A stretch of DNA of 64,000 nucleotides from Raillietiella orientalis (GCA_036172245.1 JAYWIR010000016.1:3720001-3784000); one strand, 5' to 3'. Positions 1 through 13,000 are shown, numbered from the stretch's first letter. Notes: generated by a model from the letters alone, not told the origin. Program-made: numbers and translations.

Positions 1-119
1 GCCGGGTCGTCGGTGCGCAGACCCACCTGACTCTCCACGGCAGTGAAGGGGAATGGGGAGAAAACAAAAAGAAAAATAATGCAAAATTAGAAAAACAATA
101 GTTCTCTGGAGGGTCGGGA

Positions 120-820
120 AGGGCTCACTGTCCGCTTGGTGGAGGTTCCATCCTTTGCAGGATGCCAACGAGGTCCTTCTGCCTGTTTCCCAGGTGGGGC
201 CATCGGGTTGCTATTCGCAAGAAGCAAGCTGCATACTCGATGACGTCCCTATCGTTTGCATCTTCTACTGCGTCGGATCCACTCCAGGCCCCCCACAATA
301 CCGCAGATGCAGCTGAGCGCTGCCAAGGCTGCGGCTGGCTGCAGGACGTCCCTCACGAAGAGGAGCCGAAAAACGTCTCTGGGAGGGCTGCCCACCGGGA
401 TCCCGAGGGTCGTCCCGAAACATTCCCAAAGGGGCCGAAGGGCAGGACAGTCAACTATCAGGTGGGGAGGGACTTACTGCCCACTGGGAGGAGGGCCCAT
501 CCTTCGCAGGATGCCCTCGAGGTCCGTCTGCATCTGCCCCAGTTGGGGCCATCCGGCAGCTCTCCGCATGAACAGCATACTGGATGACGTCCGTCACGTT
601 GCAATCTTCATCTTCGGCATCACTCCAGGCCGCCACAATACCAAGGATGCAGCAAAGTGCTGCCAAGGCTGCGGCTGGGCTGAGGGCGTCGCGCACGAAG
701 AGAAGACTGTGAACGTCTCTGGGGTTGCCACCAGCCGGTATACCGAGGGCCGTTCCAAGCCGATCCCAAAGAATCCGGAGGGCTGGGAGGTGGGGGAGGG
801 ACTCCCCCTCCCCACACCTG
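120..820 (-). mobile_element. Two tandem, diverged 3' ends of an L1/Tx1-type LINE ORF2 (C-terminal Cys-rich region), each ending in PPPSGQ*
   Basis: 240-450 and 583-790 align with each other (e.g. actccaggcc..acaatacc..gatgcagc..gctgccaaggctgcggctgg). Minus-strand translations (DCPALRPLW...RDVLQPAAALAALSC...TRWPHLG...LVGILQRME) match the ORF2 C-termini at 2293-2718 and 48232-48626. Boundaries approximate. Confidence 0.7.
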
Positions 821-849
821 GCACACTCAGGGTTTACTCTTACTCAGGG

Positions 850-2968
850 TCCAGTGGAAGTGGCGCGCGTTGCAGGGTAGACCTCAATGCAGCCACAGAA
901 GCCAGACAGCCTGAGACCCCTGCTCTTCAGCAGCTACTTTCAGTTGGTGCTGAGAGCATACAGGGACACTCTGGCAATTCTGCTGAGCTCGTGTCCCGGC
1001 ACACATGCCGTGTCGGTTTACGCCGACGACCTTTTACTCCTGCTCCCCGGCTCTACCCCGGCATTGGCACTCGAAGAATTCTTTGAGCTGCTGCTCCGCG
1101 GAACGGACCTCGAGGAGAACAGAGAAAAATCAACGATTGTTCCGACATCACCATTACTATCTTCAAATACGGCGTGGGCCGGACTGGATCCGCTTGGGGA
1201 TCCTCACGGGCAGGTGCTCCAAGTATCTTGGCGTTCCGTTGGGGACTTCTGCGTTGTAGAAGCCTGGTCTGACCGTCTTCAAAAGGTGGAGTTGGCGATC
1301 GGTCCGTTCCGGAACAGGAAGTTTTACTTTCAGGAACGGGCCGCGGTGTGGAACGTGTTTTCGCGGCCCTCCTCCTTCTCCCCTTACTTTTTGTTTGCTT
1401 CGCCCCACCTTTCATAAAGAGATGGACCGAAGCCCTCTTAAGGACTGTCCTTTGGGGCACAGCGAGGTCCCGAGTCCGCTTAAAAGACTTGTGCGCTCCA
1501 CGCAGGGACGGTGGTTTGGGCCTCCTGACGATAAAGCGCATGGAACGACAACTCGACTTCAGGAAGTGCTTATGGATGACGGCTTGGTGAGAACCTTCAC
1601 GTCTTCTCTCCAGCAGAGCGACCGGCTGCCAAGGCTTGGCATCGCTAATGGAGGAGTCCGTCTTCTGCCCACACTGCTGCGCGCTGTCGCTCAAGGACCC
1701 GCCGACGTTCCCGGAGGGATGAGCGAGAGTACCGAAGGTACCCACTTAACACGCTCGCAGCTCGCGAACGCAGCATCAACAACTGTGGCCGTGACCTACT
1801 CCAGATGGTTGCCCTGGTGAGGAAGCATACCTGGATCTCCTGACTTCCCGCGAACTGCACTTCCTGGCTTCAGAAATCAGTTTTCGCGTGGGTCAAGATC
1901 AACGACTCGAGCGATGCAGAGTGCAGCTGCCTCCGTCGAGGTCCCAACGCTCGACAGCCCCTGCAGGAGATAATCAACAACCTGCGGAAGTTTCTGTGGG
2001 ATTCTTTCACCCCGCTTGCCCCCGTGCTGTCCTCCCTCAAGAACATTAGGGACAGCAACAGCGAGCATCATGGGAAGTGTCCTGCCTCATCCGAGGCAGG
2101 AGAAAACCATCAAAAGCGTGGACGACTCGGGAGCTAGCGGACACTGCGACACTGGGCGTCCCCCGCCTCAAGGACTTGTGCGCTGGGGCGAGCTGCTCTC
2201 AGTACCTCCGGAGGAGGTGAAGTGGCCCTCAGCGTGTTGGGATAGAGGTACCCTTCCGTTGAAGTGGCAGGAGACGGCGTCGCTCTTTTGCATTGGGACT
2301 TTTAAGCAGAGCACGCCTGTCTCACTGGACACTGGGGAATGTGGATGCCCGTTGCATCGAGTGCGGCGAAAGGGAAACCTTCCCACATCTTCTAACAGAG
2401 TGTGTTGCCCTGGTTGGACTTTGGAGTCGTCTTTCCCCTATCCTCCTTCTTCCAGTAGGCGACCCGAAAGTCATTTATCGACGCCTCTTTCTGCGTGACG
2501 GCCTACGCCCCGCTGCGTCTCTAGCAGTCCTCTGCTGCGTGCGCGGCATCGTGGAGAGGTGGAACGCTAGGAGAAGAGGCCAAAGAAGCAGGGACGCTCA
2601 TCCACTGGACGACGGTCTTCTTGGAGACCGCGACAAGGTGGTGCCTACCACCCAGCACTAAAACAGAACTTATCAGCATCCTGGATAGGATGCAGAGGAC
2701 CGATCCAGGCGCCCAGTGATCCATTCCCTGCCCTCCCCTCCCCCATAAAACTATTCCCCTCCCCGTTGTCCTTCTTTTTGTTTCTTTTTGCTTGTTTCCC
2801 CTTCCCTTGCGCCTCAGGAGAGGACCTCGCCGGCCTTAGCACCGGCTCACGACAAGTCTTCAAGCGTGGTAGAGCCAAGTGTTCTACCACGACAGACAAT
2901 ATCTACAGACTTTATTATCTAATTTTGTAAGAAATTAGAATAATAAACGCCCCGGCATATCCGGGTGA
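850..2968 (+). mobile_element. 5'-truncated, frameshifted L1/Tx1-type LINE: RT C-terminal half, Cys-rich C-terminus and 3' UTR
   Basis: SVYADDLLLL at ~1012-1040; N-x-x-K-S (ENREKS); KYLG at ~1221; LCAPRRDGGLGL at ~1490; CIECGERETFPHLLTEC zinc-finger-like motif at ~2350; pyrimidine-rich UTR; AATAAA at 2942-2947. Confidence 0.85.
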
Positions 2969-3090
2969 TAAACTTGGAGAACCCGTGAGATGACCTTGCT
3001 CGCGGAAGGAGTGAAGGCGAGGCAGATGAGATTCAAGGGGAATTCGTCCTTATTGCCTTCTTCCTTCCCCCTAACCAGGTCGCAACGGCA

Positions 3091-6039
3091 TCACGAGGTC
3101 CGTAGCATCTGCAGCCGGTCTAGCATCCTGAACACCGCTAGCGACACGACGAAAGGGATGGTGGCGATGATGATCACGCAGAAGAGGTTCCAGCAGAGGC
3201 GCATCGCCGCCAGGTGGCCTCCTCCGTAAAAGTACCCCAGCCTCTCAGGCTGGGAGTCCAGCAGCGGGACAGCAAGGACACCCCATATCCCGGGAAGGAT
3301 ATTGACTGCAAAAGGAGTGTGCATGAGTGTTCACGAAGGGCGCGGGAGGACTGGTTCCACGCGGTGAATGAGCATTTTGTGTGCACAGCCATAGTGGAGG
3401 GGGTGGGGGGGTGGGGAATCTCGAAGACCGCACGCAGAGGATCACCAGGCTCAGCTTTCCCTATGCTTCCTGCCCTTTCCTTGCTCCCAGCCGAGTTTCG
3501 CAACTTTCGCGGTGCCCCGAGACTGCTCGGAGGTACGCGTGAGCTCCAGCATCACGTGATTCGTGGTCCGGAAAGGCAAAAAGGGAAGTGGGGGAAAGAA
3601 AAAAAAAACGAAATTAACAAAAAGCAGAAAACACCAATGACAAAATAAAAAGGAAAAATAAAACTAAGGTAACATGGGATGTATATATGTAGTAATATAA
3701 TGAGATGGGATGAAAAATTAAACGCCACGTAGGATATAATAAAAATAATGAAATAAAAGCAAGAAAAGCCAGACGAAAGCAGAGGAAAAAAAAAAAGAGG
3801 TAGGAAGGCGAAGCCAGAATGGAAATGTGATGGAAAGGAAAGGATCTAATGTGAGACGAGGAGCAGAGATAGCAAATAGATGGAGTAGAAACAAGGCAAA
3901 AATGGAATGAAACCTCGGCCGGAAAGCAAGCCTTAAGGAAGAAAAAGGACGTTGGTAGCGGCTGCGATGGAACGGATGGGGAGTGAACACGGGGTGCGGC
4001 GCTCCCTACTCCCATTTACCACGGGAGGGTCGTGGGCTTCCCTTGCGACGCACGAGCAGCCATCTTACCGTGCGCGCAACAATGCGCGGGGCCGGAAAGA
4101 GCGCGCGTTCCGTTCCGGAAGCGCCCGCTACAAGCGCACGGGTTCCACGGCCCTCCGGGGATCCCAGGCGTTCCTTGGAATTCCGAGCAGAGCCGTTAGG
4201 AGCGAAAGGGAGGAGACTGGAAGCGGCCCGCGGGAGCATTCCTTTCCTTCGGATCGTGCCGTCCCTACTTCCTTCCCCCTCTCCTCCCAGTGAGGATGAG
4301 CACTCTTACAGGCAGTGGAATCGATCGGGTCTTCCAGGAAGAGCCTGCGCTTTACGTGCTCGGCCCAGAAGAAGGTGAGGCAGCCTCCGATGAACCCGAC
4401 GAGGGCAGCCACGTGCGGGAGGAAGGCGTTGCAGCCGGCGTGCAGAGATATCTGGCAGGGGGAGGAGGGAAAGGCCTCGAGAGAACGATTCAATCTCCTC
4501 ACCTGCCCCCCGAGGCCGCAGACGACGATGCGGGAAATCTCGTGCTGCGTGTTGAGGTCTGACTGGAAGAAGACGAGGAGGATGGCGAAGGCCGCTATCC
4601 CGCCGCCCAGGCCCCCGATGCAGGTGCACACAACGGCGCGTAGGAACTCCTCCAGCTTCGGGAGGGTGGTGATGGACAGCACCCCGGATCCGTTGAAGAT
4701 GGCGAACCCAACCAGCAGGATGATGAACCCTGGAAAGGGAGGAGGAGGAAGGGGTTGAGAGCATCAATTTGGCGGCGGAGACTTTCCCGCAACCCCCTCT
4801 TTCCCCACCGGCCCCACTCCTCCTGGAGGCATACCCATCACGAGCATCACGGGAGAGGAGGGCTCCGTGAGGAAGGTCTTCTTTCTTCCTGCCCGCAGAT
4901 CGATCTCTTTGAAGTCCAGGACGTAGGCACAGGCCAACGCTCCGGCTCCTGCGGCGAGATGGACGACGCCGCTCCCGGCAAAATCCTCGTAGGATATTTT
5001 GTGCTCCTGGAGGTGCACCTTCATCCACCCCTGATCGTTCCAAGCCCAGTGCACCAGGAATGGATAGACGAAGGCGGTGGTCACGAAAGCCTGAAGGCAA
5101 TCCGCGAAGGTGCTCGTCCTGCCCACTGTCACCAAGGATATCAGGGAGGTCATCGTGTTAGCAAAGGCAAACGTGTAGAAGATCCTGGGCAGGTTGATGA
5201 TCGGGTTTTCGGATTCGGCGGTCTCGATCTTGTACAGGGCGAAGTAGCTCGAACCCACGATTCCAAAGTAATCCCTGCCGTACGAGATGCCGAAGCCGAA
5301 GAGGAAGTAGGCAAACCCGCCGATCACTGGACGCGAACGAAGAGGGGCTAGGGAGAGAAGGCGACAAAGGTTTCGCCTGCTCACCTATGTTCACGACGTC
5401 GTTCTGCAGAACCACGTGAATCTCTCTCGCTCTCACGAGGGCAGTCTCTATGAGGCAGAACCCCCCCTGCATGACTGAACCTGGAAGCTGTGCATAGGCC
5501 CGAGACCCTCCCCTCTACCTACAGGTGACGAAGCTGGCGGCCAGCATCAGCAGCAGAACGTTCATAGCGTCGCTCACCTCCCCGAAGTGAAAGCCACATA
5601 TCCCGTCCGTGTGGAGCAAGAGGTTCTCCTTGAACAGCATGAAGTCCCCCTGAACGCGAGAGAGATCGACCGACGGCATCAGGTTGTCGTTCTCCAGGAC
5701 CAGCTGCCTCACGGCGCCAACGAGCCTCTTGCTGTCCCAGGATCGATTCTTCGCCAAGTGAGGCAGGAGGGCGTCCGCGAGGCTTCCGGAACCGGCAGAC
5801 ACGAAGCGCGCCTTTTCGAAAAGAGCGGCGCCGAGGAGATCGAGGCCCAGGTGCAGGCTGGCCACGTGATGGTGGGAAAAGTTCCTGTATGTGGAGAACG
5901 CTTCGCCGATCAAGGGGTAGAATTCGTCGAATATCTCGAGCACTTTTGCGTCGAGGTAGCAAGGAGCGTTTCTCGCGCAGGAGCTCGTGATCAGCGAGAG
6001 CAGTAGCTGGCGAACAAGGGCCTGGGCCTTGTCGTGCAT
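3091..6039 (-). CDS. Amt: Ammonium transporter (Amt family), divergent. Exons 5523-6039, 5385-5474, 4835-5326, 4503-4729, 4310-4451, 3091-3305; 560 aa
   Basis: All introns are GT-AG and phase-compatible. Motifs FMQGGFCLIE, YPFLVHWAW..GW, DFAGSGVVH, GFAIFNGSG, HAGCN, EDPID and PGIWGVLAVPL match the Amt/MEP/Rh transmembrane segments. Minus-strand AATAAA at ~2911-2916. Confidence 0.9.
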
Positions 6040-8199
6040 AATGCGGGTAAGAATCTAAGGGTGGAGCAAGTGGAGTGCTGTGTCACTTTCATGACCGTGG
6101 CGGACGAACCGATCTTGGACGGATCCGAGCCTTGGTAAGTCTTGCGCTGTGCAGCGGCCGATTTTCCTCACGGCGAATCACGTGCTCGCCGTGAGACACG
6201 GAAGGGGGGAGGGGGGGGGGGCTCAAGGTCGACTCCTCTCCACACTTCCACTGAAGAAGTGGGCGGATGAAATTTGACAGAAATGCATGCAAACAACCAT
6301 CCTCCACAGCACCCCAGACACAAGCATTCCTTGCCGTTTCACATCAAATCATGCGGGACACGCGCCGAAAGAGGGATGAAACGACCCGTTCGTTCTGGAA
6401 ACTTCTACTTTGCAAGTTCCCCTATATCCTGCCCTGACGACCAGCCGTTGGGTGCCAGAGGCCTGCTGATGAGGAACGCGAAAAGTATGCAACCGGTATG
6501 CAATCTTTCGATAGGCAGCATCCATTAAACCTTGAAAAGAGAAAGGAAGGACTGGAACAAAAACTGTTCAGCAGAGAAACTATTCTGTTTGCTTGCCAAT
6601 CTGCTAAACATGAAAAGGAAAAAAAAAAAAAAAGTCCTGAAGCGAGAGAATCATAAAGCAGAGGATCATACTCAAATGCAAACCAAGCAAAAAAACGTAA
6701 ATTGCCATTCATACTGAAGGAAAAAGAGAGAGAGAGAGAGAGACTTGGAACATCCACTTGAGATCCTCTGAATTAATGATTTGAAAAGAAAAAAAAAAGG
6801 AGGGGGGGGATTTCGAAGATGACCACCGTATAGAAACTGAAGTTGGGTTCAACAACAGGGTAGGAATAACATTGGTCTGAACACTGTGCAGATTTGAAGC
6901 TTCGTCTCGATTGGGTTTCTCCTGGAAAGAATCCAACACCAATAAGGCAGTGTTATGTACACTATAATTTGTGCGTGTTATATTTGCACCTTAACTTCAT
7001 CCAAATCGAAGTTATCCTGGCACCTCGTTGTTCTTAAATAGATACAATCATTTCATTTTTCAAGGGTATAAGAAGCAGATGAGCACTCAAAGTATCATGA
7101 AGATCACTGCGTTCACCCGGAGGGGGGGCGAAGCAGATTCAATAGCGAAAATGATTCCCATTCATGCACAATGATTTCCGAGATGAATTGAAAGCTATGA
7201 GCGGAAACTTTGAGCGTTTCCCAGTGGGGAGGCTCGTGGGAAGGAAGGAAAAAAATGAAAATAAAATATGCCAGTTCTTCCAGGTCTGCTCGAATGAACC
7301 ACATGAAGAAAGAACAATACCTCTGATTTTCTACATGAAGAAAATTTTGTGCATGATCGATACCTTTTCAACCCGTTTGCCGAGCAAACTTACGCATGAC
7401 ACAAAGATGGATGTGGGAAAAGCACAGACCACAGCATCCAACGGTCATAAATTCTCAGGCAAGCGGAAAGCTTTTGGTTTTCATTCTCTCACACGTGAAC
7501 GCAGCATTTCTCATGCACGATTCGAAACTGATACAATTTCATGTCACGGTGCTCATAACACACGCGTATGCATTAAGCTTGACAGGAGCGGCTGCAAGCA
7601 GGCTGCAAAGATAATGTAATAAAAGTTTCTACCCCAACATCACTTGGCCTTTGAAACGTGCACGGCGGCGCCTGCCGAAACATTCAACGCATCCCGCGTC
7701 GCCAAACTGCTTCCGGCGCTCCGCTGTGCCACCGATTACCAGCTACAAAAATCACATTACTTTAATTACTTGCCTGTGCACTGATGATTTCGGGTCGGCG
7801 ATTATGCTTCGACAATAAGGCATATCACTGCGCCCAATTATGATCGGAAAGCTGCAGATTTGGTTGCAAGAAAGGTAATGCAAAAAGGAAAGCAAGAAAG
7901 AAAACACATCAAATTCGAAATCTCAATAACATGCCGAAAAGAATTAATATGGAAGGATGCAGTCTGACCAGGCCATTGTTGAGTGTTCTGGACGGATAAA
8001 TGCTTAGGCAAATTTGCCGATATCACATTTCGGCGTTCGATGCAACTTTTCAAATTTCACCAATCATTGGCGGCAACGCACATCGGAGTGCTCTATTTTG
8101 AGGCCCGGAATGGATTAGTGTTTTTGTAAGTCAGACGAAAATAGGCGACGGATCCTCCATATATGAGGGAGGTTTGCCGTACTAGTGGTAAGTGCGCAC

Positions 8200-8900
8200 T
8201 CAAGAATCATATCTGGAGGAAACTCTCCACTGATTGCGAAGATGGTGGACTCTGCCCGGCCAGTACGGAGCCAGAGAATACTCTGTCCGGCGCCCCGCAG
8301 CGATCCTGACGTGTGAGTGGTCTCTTTTTAGCAGGATGGATGGTCGGTTGCAGGGGGGAAAAGCAGATCAAGCCATCTGGCAGCTGGGCTTCTCCACCGA
8401 AGTTGCCCTCAGCATGGCTAACTCTAGGCGAAGAGGGACGAGGACAGAGCACCGCTTCCGGTGGCGACTGCAGGCTTCAAAACGACCTCGGCGATCCTTT
8501 CGCAAACTGAATGGACAGTCCGTCTCGCTGGAACGCCCAAACTCGGACTGTCGGGCTCCACCCATTTTGGCAAGCAGAACTGGCGCTGAGGGACGAACCA
8601 AGCGTCCTGTTGGCGCTCGGACTATCGGCGCTGGGTTGCCACGTGGAAGACTCCAGGACCGCGGCAACCGTGGAATTCGTCAGCGACTCACCTGCTGAGG
8701 CAGCAGCAGCTCGCGCTCGAGCAGAGTCCGCACAGAGTCCTTCCTGCCCTTTGGCATGCACTGGCATCGTCGGGGCACGGCGGTTTCTACGAGTCCCAGT
8801 GAAGAGGAGCGTGACGACGTGTGCAGAAGGGTTGAGACAGGAGATAGACTGGGGCCATCTCTTCAGTCCAGAGGCAAGTTGCCCTTTTTCTGTCTGCCTC
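8200..8900 (+). mobile_element. Decayed LINE ORF2 fragment (post-RT region)
   Basis: KLSTDCEDGGLC resembles LCAPRRDGGLG of the 850-2968 copy. LLALGLSALG and EIDWGHLF resemble downstream ORF2 segments of other copies. Heavily degenerate. Confidence 0.4.
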
Positions 8901-9049
8901 CGTATACGAACACATGTGTAAGCTCGAGAGAGACACTGTAGCCAGGACGAACAGAAAGAAAAAAAAGGAAAGGAAAAGGAGGCGACCAGCAAGGACGTGA
9001 GCGCGCCGAAGAGAGCGAAAAAAGGCGATCTTTGGTCAGAAGGCGTTAC

Positions 9050-10050
9050 AGAGAGGGAGGATGAGCCCTCGAAACTCTTTTCCTAGCTTGAGTGGGAGAC
9101 CTCCCGTCTTCCATGGATGTCCTGCTTGGAGCTCCGAGGAGCCGAGTTTCTCGGTACCCGGAAGGCTGGTAGAGAAAGAGGGATGCATGTGGGTAGCTCT
9201 GTGGTTCCTTCCTGCATGAACTCTTTTCGGAGAGGAAGAGAGGGGATATCAACGGCACCCAATGCTTCCACGCCGTCTCCACGCGCGCTGGAAAGACGGC
9301 GCCCGGCTGTTGGACTTCTGGAAGGAACCAGTCCTCCAACTTGGGATTCTTGACTGCGTTTCACTACCGGACTCCGTTCCCGTCTTCCAGGAATGGGGTG
9401 AGGGTACAATTTACGCGAGGTCTGGATGGGCGTTTATCGCTCTTCCCCACCCCTTTGCGAAAGATCCTGCCTTCCGGAACGAAAGCAATTTAGCCACTTG
9501 GTCCTTCACTAGCGGTTCATGGACTTTCCGAAGGGGGGATGGCGGAAACGGCTCGGGGGGGCGATAACTTGTCCGAGGTTTCCTCTTTCCCGATGAAGAC
9601 ACGCGCGCTCAGCTCCGGCATTTCCCTCGACAGGAACGGAATGCCGCCTCTCCGTGGAGTAAATCTGCGAGAGTCGCCCCCCCGGATGGTTCCTCCAACT
9701 CAGGAGAAGGAGGTGTCCAGGTGGGCCGCAGACAAATGGCAGCAGACTACTTTGGGCGGATCCCTTTCTGCTAGTCTCCCATATCAATGGAGCCGGTCGA
9801 TGGCAGACCCACAGGAGACCATTAGAGGGCACCCAGATGGCACGGGAGTAGTTCGCCACTGATTCGGGGCGGCAAGCAGGGATCATGTTGACCGATCATG
9901 AAAAGCCGTCTTCCTGTGCTTCTGTCTCAAGAATGCGTAGGTCAGCTTGGGCGTCCACCATAGTAGCATGCGAGAGATGTACCCTCTGAAAACTAAAAGT
10001 TTGTCTCCTGGGGTCCGAGTGCTTCATGGGGAAAGGTTTACGTCAAGCCC
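9050..10050 (-). mobile_element. Decayed LINE ORF1-like fragment
   Basis: Degenerate zinc-knuckle-like FVCGPPGHL at ~9720-9740. Short nucleotide matches (tcaagaatccc; gttgata..cctctcc) to the upstream part of the 24500-27830 relic. Confidence 0.35.
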
Positions 10051-13000
10051 GTGGGTATTCCGTCCTCCGAGAATCTAATCAAAAGTCTCTCTTCAATTAA
10101 CCCGACGACGGTGAATTTCCCGCCTATGGTGGCTCTTCACGTACGGAACTGTCAAGAGATGAAAAGTGAGATACCTGAAGACTCATTTCTGCCCATCCGA
10201 TTCTGAAGTGCAAAGTTGAAGCTGCAAGCGGCGGAACGAACGGTTTCTCGTGGTCAGCTTGTCTCTGGACAACGAGAGGATCAGCATATTGATGATTTCT
10301 TCAAGAAAACGAACTCTTCATAGTGATAGTTTGTAAACTGCCTCTGATCCGGACGATCTTTTCGATGACCAAAGCCTTGATGACTTTCGTATCTATTGAG
10401 CTCCCAGCCTGTTTTGCTTAGCCACTACCATCAGCGCTCATTTTCTGGCTAAAAATGCAAAGTTCTGCTGAAATACAAGCTTGAGATTCACTTTTAAGGT
10501 AAACAAAACTAGAAACCACATGTCAATAGTTTTAGGACGTGAGCATGCTCCTACAGAAACTTTAATAGGCAGTAAAGGGCCATGCCATAAATTTTAAAAG
10601 ATTAAATGCCACAAAAACGCAAAAACCAAAAATGCAAAAACCTAAGTTACGGTAATGAAGATAGTGAATGTTGACTTTGTTTTCTTTAAATGGCCGCTAA
10701 ATTTATTGAATACTGTTTTTCTCCAGCAGAAGTATAAATTATGGCACGAAGAAAGCTCGAATTCGATTTCTGCATCGTGAGAGGAAGTTACTTTGAGTTT
10801 ATTGGAGGCACTGTTCAGAAAACAGTCTTGTCTTTCTACAGAAGATTCTGAAGGAAGCACAATCCTTCGGTAATAACAAGTACTTCGGTGATGAATGCTG
10901 AGCGGTCTGGGCATGTAAACAAATTCTCATTTAAAAATAAATCTGTTTCTCTTCATATGAAAGTATTGTAGCATAAAATTATTGATGAGCTATAAATTAA
11001 GGAAACAAATGACTTCAGGGTGTTCAAAGTTTAGCGATTAACCTGTTTACACTGAAACAGAAACAGACAATCAAGTCTCTGCAGTTCATGATTGTGCGAA
11101 AAATGAACCCTAGGATGACTGAGCATAGAATTCAAAGAGCAGAAAGCAGCAATTATTCTTTCTTTGAATAGAAAAATGCATTTTTTAGTTTTTCGACTAG
11201 GAAATGTCATAAAATAGTCTTGCTTCCTTATACTTTACTTACTTCCTCATGTTTTTTCATCAGATCTACAAGATGTTTGAGCTAAGAAAATCGAGTGAAT
11301 ATATAATTTTGCAATTACTTTCAAACCATCTACTTCGCAGTGTCTACTATATTTCTATTTAAAATGACAAATGCTAAGCAGATGACGGGAATGCTGTAAT
11401 TTGAAATTTTCTGTTTGCCATTGAAATTTTTAAATTCTCCCGTGCAAGGAATCCTACTTTCAAGAGCCATGACAGAAGTAATATGGAAATCCATCTATGA
11501 ACGCCACGATTGAGTGAAACTCACAAAATCGATTTGCTTTTTAGTATCGTCAGTGTGCAAACACCATTGTCTCAAATTCAACTGAATGTTTCGCTCTAAT
11601 GAAATGTGCACTTAACAAAGACTGAACTATTTTTCGCAGCTTTAACTTTTTAGTGGGGTGGTTACTTTCCTCAAGTTCGAGTCATCAGTGGGTGTTGAAT
11701 TTACTATGATTACGTTCTAGTTTGGTATATTAATGTTTCCAAAAAAGTTTTGGAAGCATGCAGGCCACCTTATCAGGTTTTTGATTCCTTGATTGCTGTC
11801 TTCTTAAGCTGTTACCTTTGGTTACTTATTTTGTATTGTCACACCCCTAAATAATTTTGGCACAAAACACGATTCCCGCTTGATTCTTTACACATTTTCA
11901 AACTTAACATAAGATCACATGTTTCCATTTTAAAAATTCATATCATCTGAAATCTTATTTTCAAAAATTTCAAAGAAATTTTGGAGAAATTCTCATTCTT
12001 TAATCAAAATTTAATTTTAGCTTCTTATTTTAATTCCTATAATGCATTATTTTAGAGCAATAATTAGTAATGCTTACACTTGTGAAGCATCTTCGTATTT
12101 AATCCATTTCTGTAGTGCACGCTAGATGGGAAAATGGTCATTGGTATGTTTTTGTTTCTATTGAAAATATGAATCCAATTAAAAAATTGAATAAACAATA
12201 TCTTGGATATCCTGATAACGCTCGCTTTCTCTGCATTTGAATTGTTTGTTATGTTATAGAGAATTGTACTTGATTGCAACTTATTCGAGGTGATGAAATC
12301 GAGGTATAGTACGTAACAGTTCTCATCTTTCCACAATTTTGGTATGTTTCAAGGGATACATAACAATTCTGAAACAGGGTTTGATAAATTTTGCTTGATT
12401 GGAATAGCCTATTTAAGTAACGATGAAAATTCTGGAAGTAATGTTTAGTTTGGAAATTATACGATTTGTATCGGTTCTTGGATTTAGAGCTTGAAGTTTT
12501 TGAGTATTTGTTGATTTTTCTCAACAAAACAAACAGTCAACAGTCGTACAACAAAACTTTCTCTCTATGTTTTTCAAGCATCAAGGCATTTTTGTTTCGA
12601 CATGAAAAGGCATGTACATGTACTTGAAAATTTAGGTAGCAATTCGGAAAGTTTGGTCAAAGTTCGTGTGATTGAAGTAACGCTATTGGGAAATATTTGA
12701 AAATCACTGTTCATTTTTTTTTTGTGTTGCAATTTTTTCCTGTGGTTCAATCATCGCCTTCGTTTCTGTTACCAAAGGTTTGGATACAATTGAGATTTAT
12801 TGAAAGTTTCTTCACTGCATTTGTATATATCAAATTAACAATTCTGAATATGGATGAGGTGATGCGAACGCACGTGCTTGCAAAGTTGTTGTATCTGAAT
12901 TCTACAAAACATGTATGTGTAGATGTCTTGGGCATTTGCGATGGAGTTACAGGATCAGTGTTGTAATTAGGAACCCATTTGTCCGTGTAACTGTCCGCAT

